Below are positions 41,333 through 51,275 of a stretch of 64,000 nucleotides of DNA, piece by piece. Source of the DNA: Veillonella parvula (GTDB lineage: Bacteria > Bacillota > Negativicutes > Veillonellales > Veillonellaceae); assembly GCF_018378075.1 (NCBI RefSeq), contig NZ_JAGZYE010000001.1, forward strand, positions 246,997-310,996. Reading direction: 5' to 3'. Under the pieces are notes generated by a model. That model was not told where the DNA came from. It ran no database searches and was given only the letters and a program-made list of their open reading frames with translations. The translations under genes and the position numbers were made by a program. How positions within the stretch are numbered: position 1 is the stretch's first letter; the number at the start of each line of letters is the position of its first letter.

Positions 41333-42145
41333 ATGAATATATTAACTACAGCTCAAAAATCTAATGAGGCCATTCAAGAGGAAGCCAAAGCTTTGGCTTC
41401 CTCTATGCATATGGCCTATATAAAAAGAGGAAAATTATCTATACCAGCATTATTTAATGCTCATCCATGTGATTTTATTGCTGTTCTTTCTGGTAATGGC
41501 TTAACTATTCATTTTCCTGATAATCAGCAACATAGCTTTCATTTATCCATGGCTCAATTACGTATACTACGTTTGCAACGTGGAGAAGGAGATCATTTAA
41601 TTAATGCTGTTCAGACAATACTAAGTACTAATGAAATAACTGATAAAGAAGAATTTTCGTTTCTTGATTGTACAATTGGTCTTGGTAGTGACAGTATCGT
41701 CATGAGCTATGCTTTTCCTCAGGCTAAAATAAAAGGTCTAGAAGGTTCTCTATCTATATGGCTTGCCACATCTTATGGTTTATCTCATTATTCGCATAAT
41801 GTGAAAAGTGTGACGGACGCATTACGTCGTATTGAGGTAAGTTATGATACCTTTGAAAACTATGTACCTAATCTACCAGATGAAAGTATAGATATTATTT
41901 ATTTTGATCCTATGTTTGAGGTCCCTGTAGAGGATAGTCCTCAATTTAAACCACTTCGTGGACATACTGTGGAAAGTCGTATTGATGATAAAATTATGGA
42001 GGAAGCTATGCGTGTTGCCTCTTATGGTGTTATTATTAAAGAACGACCATTTAGTTCTGTCTTTCAGAAATATCCACCTCACCAATGGGTGGGGGGAAAA
42101 TATAGCCGTATAGGTTATGGAATATATATGAAGGAGTTATTGTGA
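41333..42145 (+). CDS. RsmJ(YhiQ)-like SAM-dependent methyltransferase (putative 16S rRNA m2G methyltransferase family)
   Basis: LDCTIGLGSDSIVMS, IDIIYFDPMFE and GVIIKERP parallel the E. coli RsmJ motifs DATAGLGRDAFVLAS, VVYLDPMFP and VVVKRP. Confidence 0.6.
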   Translation: MNILTTAQKSNEAIQEEAKALASSMHMAYIKRGKLSIPALFNAHPCDFIAVLSGNGLTIHFPDNQQHSFHLSMAQLRILRLQRGEGDHLINAVQTILSTNEITDKEEFSFLDCTIGLGSDSIVMSYAFPQAKIKGLEGSLSIWLATSYGLSHYSHNVKSVTDALRRIEVSYDTFENYVPNLPDESIDIIYFDPMFEVPVEDSPQFKPLRGHTVESRIDDKIMEEAMRVASYGVIIKERPFSSVFQKYPPHQWVGGKYSRIGYGIYMKELL

Positions 42146-43071
42146 ATCCCTTAATTACCATCGTTGGACCTACTGCGGTAGGCAAAACAGATCTTACCTT
42201 GGAATTAGCAGAACAGCTACATGCTGAGGTTATTTCTGGTGATGCTTACCAGGTTTATAAACAACTTAATATTGGTACCGCTAAACCATCGGTGGATGAA
42301 CTTAATCGGGTGAAACATCATCTCATCGATATACTGGAACCAAATGATTCATATTCGGTATCTATTTTTCAAGATCAAGCTAAAGAAATAATTGCAAGAT
42401 TAAAAGATAGAAATATCCCTCCTATTCTGTCTGGTGGTACAGGACTGTATGTCCAATCATTATTGGAAAACTACAACTTTAATGATGTTAAACCTGACGA
42501 ATATTTGCGAGCAGAACTCGATGAGCTCTATAGTACAAAAGGTATTGAAGGCTTACGAGAATATGCTTTCACATTAGGTAAAGAGCATAATATAGAGATA
42601 CAATATAGCGACAAACATCGTTTGTATCGAGCTATTGAGATATTGCATCATGGTGATGTAGATTCGTTGCGAAATCAGACAAAAGATGGTGTATCCTATA
42701 AAGGTCCTGTTATCGGTCTCATGAGAGATCGTGATAAATTATATGAACGCATCAATTTACGCGTTGATATGATGTTTGATGCAGGTTTGATTGAAGAGGT
42801 GGAACAACTCATAAAATCTGGAGTGAATCCAGATTGCCAAGCTTTTAAAGGTATTGGCTATAAAGAGGTTGTAGACTATATAAATGACAATATAACATTA
42901 GATGAGTGTCGTGACTTAATTAAGAAGAATACACGTCACTTTGCTAAGCGCCAAATTACATGGTATAAACGTATGCCATATATAGAATGGATACATATTG
43001 ATAGCAATACATCTAAAGATTTTATATTTAATAAAGCTATGGATTTAATCCGTAGAGAAGGATTAGCATGA
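42142..43071 (+). CDS. miaA: tRNA dimethylallyltransferase (GTG start, AAGGAG RBS)
   Basis: LITIVGPTAVGKTDL P-loop, 309 aa. Confidence 0.93.
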   Translation: MNPLITIVGPTAVGKTDLTLELAEQLHAEVISGDAYQVYKQLNIGTAKPSVDELNRVKHHLIDILEPNDSYSVSIFQDQAKEIIARLKDRNIPPILSGGTGLYVQSLLENYNFNDVKPDEYLRAELDELYSTKGIEGLREYAFTLGKEHNIEIQYSDKHRLYRAIEILHHGDVDSLRNQTKDGVSYKGPVIGLMRDRDKLYERINLRVDMMFDAGLIEEVEQLIKSGVNPDCQAFKGIGYKEVVDYINDNITLDECRDLIKKNTRHFAKRQITWYKRMPYIEWIHIDSNTSKDFIFNKAMDLIRREGLA

Positions 43072-44306
43072 CATTAGAAGAAATACGCAGTAAAGCCCTA
43101 GAAATGGCTGAACCAGAATTTAAGAAATTTGAACCTATTGCATTGGCCAATACAAAAAAAGTATTAGAAGCCTTTAAGGAATGCCAAGTATCTGATTATC
43201 ATTTCACTGGTACTACTGGTTATGGATATAACGACGTAGGGCGTGAAAAATTAGATGAAGTATTTGCCTATGTATTTAAAGGTGAAAAGGCTATCGTTCG
43301 TCCTCATTTTGTTTCTGGTACACATGCGTTAGCTACTACATTAATTTCTTTGATGGGAAATGGCTCTAAAGGGACAGAGTTTATCTATGCCGTAGGGGCT
43401 CCTTATGATACGATGCAATCCGTTATCGGTGCCGCTCGTGAAGTACGTGGTTCTTTAGTAGAAAAAGGTTTTACCTATACTGAGGTACCATTGAAAGATA
43501 ATACTTATGATGTTGAAGCTATTGCTAACGCTGTTAACGATAATACGCGGGTAGTAGTGATTCAACGGTCTCGAGGCTATAGCACACGTGAACCTTTATC
43601 TATTGCAGATATTAAGGTTATTGTAGATGCTGTAAAAACTAAAAATTCTAAAACGATTTGTTTCGTAGATAATTGTTACGGTGAATTTACAGAGCTGCAA
43701 GAACCATTAGAAGCTGGTGCTGATATTATGGCTGGCTCTCTCATTAAAAATGCAGGTGGCGGTTTAGCACCAACTGGTGGTTACATTGTTGGTAGAGAAA
43801 ACCTTGTAGAGGATGCAGCATATCAATTGACAGCTCCTGGACTTGGTGATCATATGGGTTCATATGCTCCTGGTTATCGCTTGTTCTTCCAAGGTTTATT
43901 TATGGCACCTCACGTAGTATTACAAGCTCTTAAAGGTGCTGTATATACGGCTGCTGTAGGTGAGTTACTAGGCTATGATGTATTCCCTAAGGTAAATGCT
44001 GATCGCTATGACTTGATTCAAGCCATTAATCTGAAAAATGGGGAAGAAATGGAGCATTTCTGTGTAGGTATGCAAGCCTATTCTCCTGTAGATGCTCACG
44101 TACATCCTATTCCTGGGGATATGCCTGGGTACGAAGATAAAATCATCATGGCTGGTGGTACCTTTGTACAAGGTTCCTCTATTGAACTCAGTGCCGATGG
44201 TCCTATACGTCCACCATATACAATTTTCATGCAGGGTGGCCTAGTATTTGAACATTCCATGCTTGGTATTTTAGGAGCTGCTGAAGAACTATTAAAACAT
44301 AGATAA
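43068..44306 (+). CDS. Methionine gamma-lyase family protein (aluminium-resistance protein family, PLP fold)
   Basis: 412 aa, typical family length and conserved ...HFTGTTGYGYND...; overlaps the miaA stop (ATGA). Confidence 0.7.
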   Translation: MTLEEIRSKALEMAEPEFKKFEPIALANTKKVLEAFKECQVSDYHFTGTTGYGYNDVGREKLDEVFAYVFKGEKAIVRPHFVSGTHALATTLISLMGNGSKGTEFIYAVGAPYDTMQSVIGAAREVRGSLVEKGFTYTEVPLKDNTYDVEAIANAVNDNTRVVVIQRSRGYSTREPLSIADIKVIVDAVKTKNSKTICFVDNCYGEFTELQEPLEAGADIMAGSLIKNAGGGLAPTGGYIVGRENLVEDAAYQLTAPGLGDHMGSYAPGYRLFFQGLFMAPHVVLQALKGAVYTAAVGELLGYDVFPKVNADRYDLIQAINLKNGEEMEHFCVGMQAYSPVDAHVHPIPGDMPGYEDKIIMAGGTFVQGSSIELSADGPIRPPYTIFMQGGLVFEHSMLGILGAAEELLKHR

Positions 44307-44312
44307 TGTTTA

Positions 44313-44346
44313 GAATCTCTTTCTTTTGTGAAAGGGATTCTTTTTA
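44313..44346 (+). terminator. Rho-independent terminator after the MGL-family gene
   Basis: GAATCTCTTTC/GAAAGGGATTC stem (1 mismatch) followed by TTTTTA. Confidence 0.65.
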
Positions 44347-44356
44347 TTTCAAATCT

Positions 44357-44410
44357 TTTCAATATACCTATTTCTAGGCTATAATATAAGTTGCTATAAT
44401 TTTATAGCAA
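44357..44410 (+). promoter_or_regulatory. Putative mnmA promoter (TTTCAA - 17 nt - TATAAT) with a 20-bp perfect palindrome TTGCTATAA-TT-TTATAGCAA at +6..+25
   Basis: Hexamers at 44357-62 and 44380-85; palindromic operator-like element at 44391-44410. Confidence 0.45.
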
Positions 44411-44504
44411 TACTACTCGGACTTTTACACCGAACTAGTGTTTTACACGTCAGGCTTTCACCCTGATTAGTTTTATGATCAAGAGATCATTAAAAGGAGA
44501 AAGT

Positions 44505-45566
44505 ATGGAAAAAGTTATCGCTGTAGCTATGAGTGGCGGCGTAGACAGTTCTTTAACTGCTGCAATGCTATTAAAACAAGGCTATAAAGTATTTGGTATT
44601 ACCCTATGGTTATGGGTGAGTGGTACGCCCTATGATGAGGTGCCTCTTGCCGTAACTGATGCTAAGAAGATGTGTGATTTTCTTGGTATCGAGCATCATG
44701 TTATCGATGCTCGTGATGTATTCTACGAAAACGTAGTAGATTACTTTGTAAAAGAATATGCCTATGGTCGTACGCCAAATCCTTGTGTATTTTGTAACAA
44801 GAACATCAAGTTTGACTTGATGCTCAATCGTGCTCTTGAATTAGGTGCCACACATATGGTAACTGGTCATTATGCACAAGTAAATTATAATGAAAAAACA
44901 GGTCTATATGAGTTACATAAAGGTGTTGATCCTACAAAAGACCAAAGTTATGTTATGTACAATATGAACCAACGTATTTTGAGTCATCTTATGTTCCCAT
45001 TAGGTGGTCAATGTAAGACTGAAACACGTAAATTAGCTGCTGAATATGATTTGCCAGTCGCTAAAAAACCAGATAGTGTAGATATTTGTTTCTTGCCTCA
45101 TGGGAATTATCAAAAGCTTGTGGTAGAAGAAATGAAGGGTAAGCCAGAGTCTGGTAATATCGTTACCGAAGATGGTGAGGTATTAGGTAAGCACAACGGC
45201 TTATTTAATTATACGATTGGTCAACGTAAAGGCCTTGGTATTGCTTATAAACACCCTTTATATGTTATTGGATTTAATGGGGATCGTAATGAGGTCATCG
45301 TGGGTCCTAACGAACATCTCTTTACAAATCGCATGATTTGTAAGTTCTATAACTTCTTAGATGATACAATTCATAAGGAATTGAAGGCAGAAGGAAAAAT
45401 TCGCTATGCAGCTAATCCTTCTCCTTGCACAGCACGTATCCTCGATGACGATACAATGGAGGTTATTTTTGAAGAACCACAACGGGCTATTACCCCAGGT
45501 CAGTCTGTAGCCTTTTATAATGGCACTCAATTATTGGGAGGTGCTGTTATCGATCACGTATGTTAG
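44505..45566 (+). CDS. mnmA: tRNA-specific 2-thiouridylase MnmA
   Basis: VIAVAMSGGVDSS PP-loop, conserved Cys residues; AAAGGAG RBS before ATG 44505. Confidence 0.93.
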   Translation: MEKVIAVAMSGGVDSSLTAAMLLKQGYKVFGITLWLWVSGTPYDEVPLAVTDAKKMCDFLGIEHHVIDARDVFYENVVDYFVKEYAYGRTPNPCVFCNKNIKFDLMLNRALELGATHMVTGHYAQVNYNEKTGLYELHKGVDPTKDQSYVMYNMNQRILSHLMFPLGGQCKTETRKLAAEYDLPVAKKPDSVDICFLPHGNYQKLVVEEMKGKPESGNIVTEDGEVLGKHNGLFNYTIGQRKGLGIAYKHPLYVIGFNGDRNEVIVGPNEHLFTNRMICKFYNFLDDTIHKELKAEGKIRYAANPSPCTARILDDDTMEVIFEEPQRAITPGQSVAFYNGTQLLGGAVIDHVC

Positions 45567-45604
45567 AAAGGAGAATGCAAGTTCTTTGAACTTGTTTACA
45601 TGGT

Positions 45605-47404
45605 ATGTCAACGAAAAAGATTCGAAACTTCTGTATTATAGCTCATATCGACCATGGTAAATCAACCATTGCTGATAGATTAATTGAATATACTGGTACA
45701 TTACAAAAACGTGAAATGGAGGCTCAAGTTTTGGACTCCATGGACCTTGAACGTGAACGCGGCATTACTATTAAAGCGCAATCTGTTCGTATTTTGTATA
45801 AAGCTCAAGATGGTGAAGAATATATTTTGAATCTCATCGATACTCCGGGCCACGTCGATTTCAGCTATGAAGTATCTCGTTCTCTTGCCGCTTGTGAAGG
45901 GGCATTACTTGTTGTTGATGCTGCTCAAGGTGTAGAAGCACAAACGTTGGCAAATGTATATCTCGCTTTAGAACATGATCTTGAAATCATTCCTGTTATT
46001 AACAAGATTGATTTGCCGTCAGCAGATCCTGATCGTGTTAAACAAGAAATTGAAGATATTATTGGTTTAGACGCATCTGATGCTGTATTATGCTCTGCCA
46101 AATCAGGTATCGGTATTCCTGATATTTTAGAAGCTATTGTAAATAAAGTTCCTGCACCACCAGATAAATCTGATGAGCCAACAAGAGCCTTGATTTTTGA
46201 TAGCCGTTTTGATGCGTATAAAGGTGCTATTGCCTATGTCCGTGTAAAAGAAGGGTCCATAAAAGCAAAAGATATAATTCGCATGATGCATGATAAAAAG
46301 GACTTTGATGTTACAGAACTCGGTATTTTTACTCCAAATCTTGTACCTGTGCAAGAATTACCATGTGGCTCAGTAGGTTGTATTGCAGCTAGCATCAAAA
46401 ATGTAAAAGATTGCCATGTAGGCGATACTGTAACATTAGCTAATAATCCTGCATCAGAACCATTGCCTGGTTATCGTAAGGCTGTATCTATGGTGTACTG
46501 TGGCCTTTACCCAACAGAGTCTAAAGATTATGAAAACCTTCGGGATGCATTAGAAAAGTTACAGCTTAATGATGCTGCCTTAGAATATGAAGCAGAAACA
46601 TCATTGGCATTGGGCTTTGGTTTCCGTTGTGGGTTTCTCGGTCTTTTGCATATGGACGTAATTCAAGAACGTTTAGAACGTGAATATAACTTGACGCTTA
46701 TTACGACGGCTCCATCGGTAAATTACAAAGTGTACAAAACAAATGGGGAAATGCTCGAAGTCGATAATCCAGCTAAATTACCACCTCCAACAGAAATTGA
46801 TTACATTGAAGAGCCTTATGTAAAGGCGACTACAATTGTACCTAAAGATTTTGTTGGTACTATCATGGAATTATCTCAAGATAAACGCGGTGAATATCAA
46901 TCTATGGAATATTTGGATGAAACACGCGTATCTGTCGTTTATCACTTGCCATTGAGTGAAATCATTTATGATTACTTTGATAAATTAAAATCTGCTACAA
47001 AGGGGTATGCATCTCTTGACTACGAATTGATTGGATATAAACAATCTCCAATGGTTAAGATGGATATTCTCTTAAATGGTGATCCTGTAGATGCATTGTC
47101 CATTATTGTACACAAGGACCGTGCAGCTACACGTGGACGTGCATTAGCTGAGAAATTGAAAGAATTGATTCCTCGTCAAATGTTTGAAATTCCAATTCAA
47201 GCGGCGGTAGGTACAAAAATTGTGGCTCGTGAAACTGTAAAAGCTTGGCGTAAGGACGTTTTGGCAAAATGTTACGGTGGTGATATTTCTCGTAAGCGTA
47301 AATTACTTGAAAAACAAAAAGCCGGTAAGAAACGCATGAAGTCCGTCGGTTCCGTAGAGATCCCGCAAGAAGCATTCATGGCGATTCTCAAGGTTGAGGA
47401 CTAA
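45605..47404 (+). CDS. lepA: Elongation factor 4 (LepA)
   Basis: [17 protein letters not shown]1 motif, 599 aa, LepA C-terminal domain. Confidence 0.96.
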   Translation: MSTKKIRNFCIIAHIDHGKSTIADRLIEYTGTLQKREMEAQVLDSMDLERERGITIKAQSVRILYKAQDGEEYILNLIDTPGHVDFSYEVSRSLAACEGALLVVDAAQGVEAQTLANVYLALEHDLEIIPVINKIDLPSADPDRVKQEIEDIIGLDASDAVLCSAKSGIGIPDILEAIVNKVPAPPDKSDEPTRALIFDSRFDAYKGAIAYVRVKEGSIKAKDIIRMMHDKKDFDVTELGIFTPNLVPVQELPCGSVGCIAASIKNVKDCHVGDTVTLANNPASEPLPGYRKAVSMVYCGLYPTESKDYENLRDALEKLQLNDAALEYEAETSLALGFGFRCGFLGLLHMDVIQERLEREYNLTLITTAPSVNYKVYKTNGEMLEVDNPAKLPPPTEIDYIEEPYVKATTIVPKDFVGTIMELSQDKRGEYQSMEYLDETRVSVVYHLPLSEIIYDYFDKLKSATKGYASLDYELIGYKQSPMVKMDILLNGDPVDALSIIVHKDRAATRGRALAEKLKELIPRQMFEIPIQAAVGTKIVARETVKAWRKDVLAKCYGGDISRKRKLLEKQKAGKKRMKSVGSVEIPQEAFMAILKVED

Positions 47405-47408
47405 TAAA

Positions 47409-48593
47409 ATGAAAACAGATTCTGATATTCTGAATCTGTCTACACTGAGGGATATGGGGTTGTATGTCCATATCCCTTTTTGTAAACAGAAATGTATGTA
47501 TTGTGATTTTCCTGCTTATCAAAATTTACAAGATTATTACGAAACCTATGTATATGCTTTAGTTCAAGAAATCGATTTATGGGTCTCTGAACATCCAGAG
47601 TCTACATCTAAAGCTATTGATACAATTTATTTTGGTGGAGGTACGCCTACAGAATTATCGATTCAACAACTACAGATGATTCTTGATAAAATTAAAAATA
47701 CTTTTACAATTACTGACGATTGTCATATGACTATTGAATCGAATCCTGGGGAAGTAAATTTACATTATTTAACGAAATTAGTTAAGCTTGGTTTTAATCG
47801 TATTAGCTTTGGTGTTCAAACATTTGACGATAAGGCACTTACCATGCTTCATCGCAGTCACAACGGGGAACAGGCAAAACAAGCCGTTTATGATGCTAAA
47901 GAGGCGGGCTTTGCTGATATTAATATTGATTTGATTTATGGATTACCAAGACAATCCTTAGACGATATTAAACGTAATTTAGCAGTCGTAGAAGAGTTGC
48001 CTATTAATCATATTTCTACTTATGGATTACAAGTAGAAGTGGGGACCTATTTATATCATTTAGTACAAAAGAACCTTATTTCTATTCCTAGTGAAACCAT
48101 TGATGAATCCATGTATGACATGATGATGGACGGATTAAAAGATTTAGGCTTTGAACGATATGAGATTTCAAATTTCGCCAAGGCTAATTCCTATAGTCGT
48201 CATAATTTAAAATATTGGCACTATATAGATTATTTAGGCTTTGGTGCTGGTGCTCATTCCTTCTATGACGGAGTACGCCGTAGTAATAATCGTAATGTAA
48301 TGCCCTATATACAATCTGTTGACAGATATATTATGCCTACTATCGATACGGAGACGATTACTTTAGAACGAGCTCAAGAGGATTTTTGTTTTTTAGCTCT
48401 TCGCACTAAATGGGGCCTTGATAAGCAAAAATTCGAAGATAAATTTGGCGTATCTATCCATGATTTGTTTGCTACTACTTTAGAGGATTTAGTTAGTAAA
48501 GGTCTATTAGAGTATCAAAATGCAAGTTATCATTTAACCGCTGAAGGTGCCAAGCATGGGAACTATGTATTTAGTCAATTTATTCGTGAGTAA
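47409..48593 (+). CDS. hemW: Radical SAM heme chaperone HemW (HemN-like, oxygen-independent coproporphyrinogen-III oxidase family)
   Basis: LYVHIPFCKQKCMYCDF CxxxCxxC motif; lepA-hemW-hrcA synteny. Confidence 0.88.
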   Translation: MKTDSDILNLSTLRDMGLYVHIPFCKQKCMYCDFPAYQNLQDYYETYVYALVQEIDLWVSEHPESTSKAIDTIYFGGGTPTELSIQQLQMILDKIKNTFTITDDCHMTIESNPGEVNLHYLTKLVKLGFNRISFGVQTFDDKALTMLHRSHNGEQAKQAVYDAKEAGFADINIDLIYGLPRQSLDDIKRNLAVVEELPINHISTYGLQVEVGTYLYHLVQKNLISIPSETIDESMYDMMMDGLKDLGFERYEISNFAKANSYSRHNLKYWHYIDYLGFGAGAHSFYDGVRRSNNRNVMPYIQSVDRYIMPTIDTETITLERAQEDFCFLALRTKWGLDKQKFEDKFGVSIHDLFATTLEDLVSKGLLEYQNASYHLTAEGAKHGNYVFSQFIRE

Positions 48594-48674
48594 TTTCTCA
48601 CAGTTTCTCAAAATCTAATATGTTAGTATAAATAGGATGATGGTGAATAAGCATGCTAGATTTGAGGAGGAGCG

Positions 48675-49277
48675 ATGAAGACATCTGTAATATTACACGG
48701 TTTACATAATGAATTTACTTTAGATCAAATGAAAGCATGCATAGAACTTGCTGAAAAATATGGTGGATCCTTCCGTCATGTTGTAACAGGTATACAAATT
48801 ACAGGTATTGAAAAAGATGATAAGGAACAGTTTATTTCTGAATTGCCTGATGGCGTGACCACTGTTATTCATAGAGGTGTTAATTCCTTAATTGCTTGTG
48901 TAGGTAAAGGCCATTGTAAAAATGGACAAATGGAAACTAAAGAATTGGCTGATTATGTAGAGAGAAAACATTACGGCCGAAAAACCTCTCACAAGTGCAA
49001 AATCGGCATCAGTGGATGTGGACGTAACTGCCCAGATGCAATGGTAAAAGATATTGCCTTTATCGGTACATCTCAAGGTTTTATGTTGGCTGTTGGTGGT
49101 AATACAGGCATGAGACCTGAAGCAGGAAAAATTTTAGCAAGAAAACTAACTATTGAGCAATCTAAAAAAGCTGTAGATATTTTGATTGATTGGTATGCTA
49201 AATATGGTGAACCTCGTGAACGTATGGGGAAACTGTTAGAGCGTCTAGGCAATCCATTAGAAGGGGTAGAACTATAA
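48675..49277 (+). CDS. Small nitrite/sulfite reductase-like siroheme/4Fe-4S protein (low-molecular-weight assimilatory-type sulfite reductase family)
   Basis: 200 aa; CVGKGHCKNG (C-x5-C) and KCKIGISGCGRNC (C-x3-C) give the siroheme-4Fe4S Cys signature. Confidence 0.55.
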   Translation: MKTSVILHGLHNEFTLDQMKACIELAEKYGGSFRHVVTGIQITGIEKDDKEQFISELPDGVTTVIHRGVNSLIACVGKGHCKNGQMETKELADYVERKHYGRKTSHKCKIGISGCGRNCPDAMVKDIAFIGTSQGFMLAVGGNTGMRPEAGKILARKLTIEQSKKAVDILIDWYAKYGEPRERMGKLLERLGNPLEGVEL

Positions 49278-49594
49278 ATCAATTAGTACATTTTAGTTCT
49301 AATTGATTTATAGTTTATAGTCCGTAAATTCTTGGGCCAAAAAAGTATTTTAACTAAGAGTTTATTGACAACTAAATTATTATATATAAACACTTATACT
49401 ATTTCAGGTTTTAATAATAGAAATTTTATTAGAACTACATATTCTAATCTTTAAATTTTGGGATATGTCATAAATGTAGATAGTATAAGTGTTTTCTTAT
49501 TGTTGCACTTTGATTTTTTGACTAATTAATCAAAAATATTGATTTGTCTTTTTGACTAAATTGATACTATTTGACTTTTTTGGCATTTTTTAGC

Positions 49595-49622
49595 TTGACA
49601 ATTTTTTTTAATATGGTAATAT
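49595..49622 (+). promoter_or_regulatory. hrcA operon promoter (TTGACA - 16 nt - TAATAT)
   Basis: Consensus -35 and a good -10, immediately upstream of CIRCE. Confidence 0.6.
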
Positions 49623-49633
49623 TATACATGCGA

Positions 49634-49660
49634 TTAGCACTCAAAGTTAATGAGTGCTAA
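49634..49660 (+). promoter_or_regulatory. CIRCE operator (TTAGCACTC-N9-GAGTGCTAA), HrcA binding site
   Basis: Perfect match to the CIRCE consensus between promoter and hrcA start. Confidence 0.95.
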
Positions 49661-49674
49661 CAAGAGGTGTCATT

Positions 49675-50703
49675 ATGGATGAAAGAAAACAGCGCATCTT
49701 GCGAGTCATAATTGAAGACTATGTTAAGTCCGCAGAACCTGTAGGATCTCGAACGATTGCTAAAAATTATGATCTTGGCATCAGTCCTGCTACGGTGCGG
49801 AACGAAATGTCCGATTTAGAGGAATTAGGCTATTTAGAGCAACCTCATACATCGGCTGGACGTATTCCTTCAGCTAAGGGCTATCGCTTATATGTTGATT
49901 CTATGCTGAGTCGACAACCTGTTCCATTACAGGATGCTGAAAAAATTGAAATGTTATGGAAGCGTTCCAATGGATCAACGAGTGAACTCTTTCTAAATAT
50001 GGCTAAACTACTTTCACAGGTAAGTCATAGCATGAGTTTATTCTTAGCACCAGCCCATGATAGAGCATTAATCAAATACATTCATGTATTACCGCTAGAT
50101 AGTCATCAAGCCATTATGGTAGTTATTACTGAAACAGGAGCACTCGATAATGAGTTGATGTACTTTGGTGAAAGTGTTTCACCAGAGCTTTTACAAAGTC
50201 TAGCCATACAATTTAGCAATGCACTACAGAATGTAAGTATTGGTCATGTAACGGCTGAGGCTTTAGGATCTATATTGGTCCATATGGAAGGACCGCAGGG
50301 AATTTTATTAATCCTTTCGGAGACATTATTACGAGCTATTAATAAACGTAAGTTGTTCTATTCGGTAGGTACCACAGAGTTGTTAAATCAACCAGAGTTT
50401 AAGTCTGTTGAGAAGGTACAACCCTTGCTTTCCTTAGTGGAAGAACAAAATCAATTAGGACAGTTATTAAAAGATGATTCTCCAACACCTGTTAAGGTCA
50501 AGATTGGTATTGAGAATGAAACTGAAGCGCTACATTCAATGAGTGTGGTACAAGCTGATTTTACGAATCAAGATCAGCCTATCGGAACTCTTGCTATTCT
50601 TGGTCCAACGCGGATGGAATACGGACGTATCATCGGCATGTTGTCCCATATGAAACATATAATGGAAACTATGGTAAAAGAACAAAACAGAAAGGGCAAA
50701 TAA
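49675..50703 (+). CDS. hrcA: Heat-inducible transcription repressor HrcA
   Basis: MDERKQRILRVIIEDYVKSAEPVGSRTI winged-helix N-terminus; AAGAGGTG RBS. Confidence 0.95.
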   Translation: MDERKQRILRVIIEDYVKSAEPVGSRTIAKNYDLGISPATVRNEMSDLEELGYLEQPHTSAGRIPSAKGYRLYVDSMLSRQPVPLQDAEKIEMLWKRSNGSTSELFLNMAKLLSQVSHSMSLFLAPAHDRALIKYIHVLPLDSHQAIMVVITETGALDNELMYFGESVSPELLQSLAIQFSNALQNVSIGHVTAEALGSILVHMEGPQGILLILSETLLRAINKRKLFYSVGTTELLNQPEFKSVEKVQPLLSLVEEQNQLGQLLKDDSPTPVKVKIGIENETEALHSMSVVQADFTNQDQPIGTLAILGPTRMEYGRIIGMLSHMKHIMETMVKEQNRKGK

Positions 50704-51248
50704 TGGCTGAAGAACAAGACATTAAACAAGAAACAGTGGAGGAAACAGAGGATACTACGAATGTAGAGGAACCAACTGTTGAAAAAACTGAAGAAGCTGT
50801 GGCTGATGCTGCTCAAGTGTTAGAAGAACTTAAAGCCGACTTTGATAATCGCTATAAACGGTTACAAGCGGACTTTGAAAATTTCAAACGTCGTACTAAC
50901 CAGGAAAAAGAGCAACTTGCTGGATATGTAAAAGGGGATGTATTAACGGACCTTCTTCCTGTATTGGATAACTTTGAACGGGCCGTTCAAAGTCCTGCAG
51001 AAGGGGAAGCAAAAGTATTCCTCGATGGATTCATTATGATTCATCAAAATTTGATGGCTATGTTATCTAAACATGGTTTAGCTGTTATTGAAGCTATGGG
51101 TCAACCATTTGATCCAAATTTCCATCAAGCGATTATGCGTGTACCGTCAGATGAATATGAATCCGATACGGTGTGTGAAGTTTTGCAAACTGGCTATACT
51201 GTTGATGGTCGTTGTATACGTCCAGCAATGGTAAAAGTTGTTGAATAG
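50703..51248 (+). CDS. grpE: Nucleotide exchange factor GrpE
   Basis: Acidic N-terminus, RYKRLQADFENFKRR, 181 aa. Confidence 0.95.
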   Translation: MAEEQDIKQETVEETEDTTNVEEPTVEKTEEAVADAAQVLEELKADFDNRYKRLQADFENFKRRTNQEKEQLAGYVKGDVLTDLLPVLDNFERAVQSPAEGEAKVFLDGFIMIHQNLMAMLSKHGLAVIEAMGQPFDPNFHQAIMRVPSDEYESDTVCEVLQTGYTVDGRCIRPAMVKVVE

Positions 51249-51275
51249 ATTATAAAGTTTTAGGAGGTATATATT

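Noticed and set aside
49500-49600. TTGACT heptad repeats as a CtsR operator
   Set aside because: CtsR sites are tandem GGTCAAA heptads spaced about 10 bp; here spacing is 34, 19 and 24 bp and the heptads end in T not C, so a CtsR assignment is not supported.
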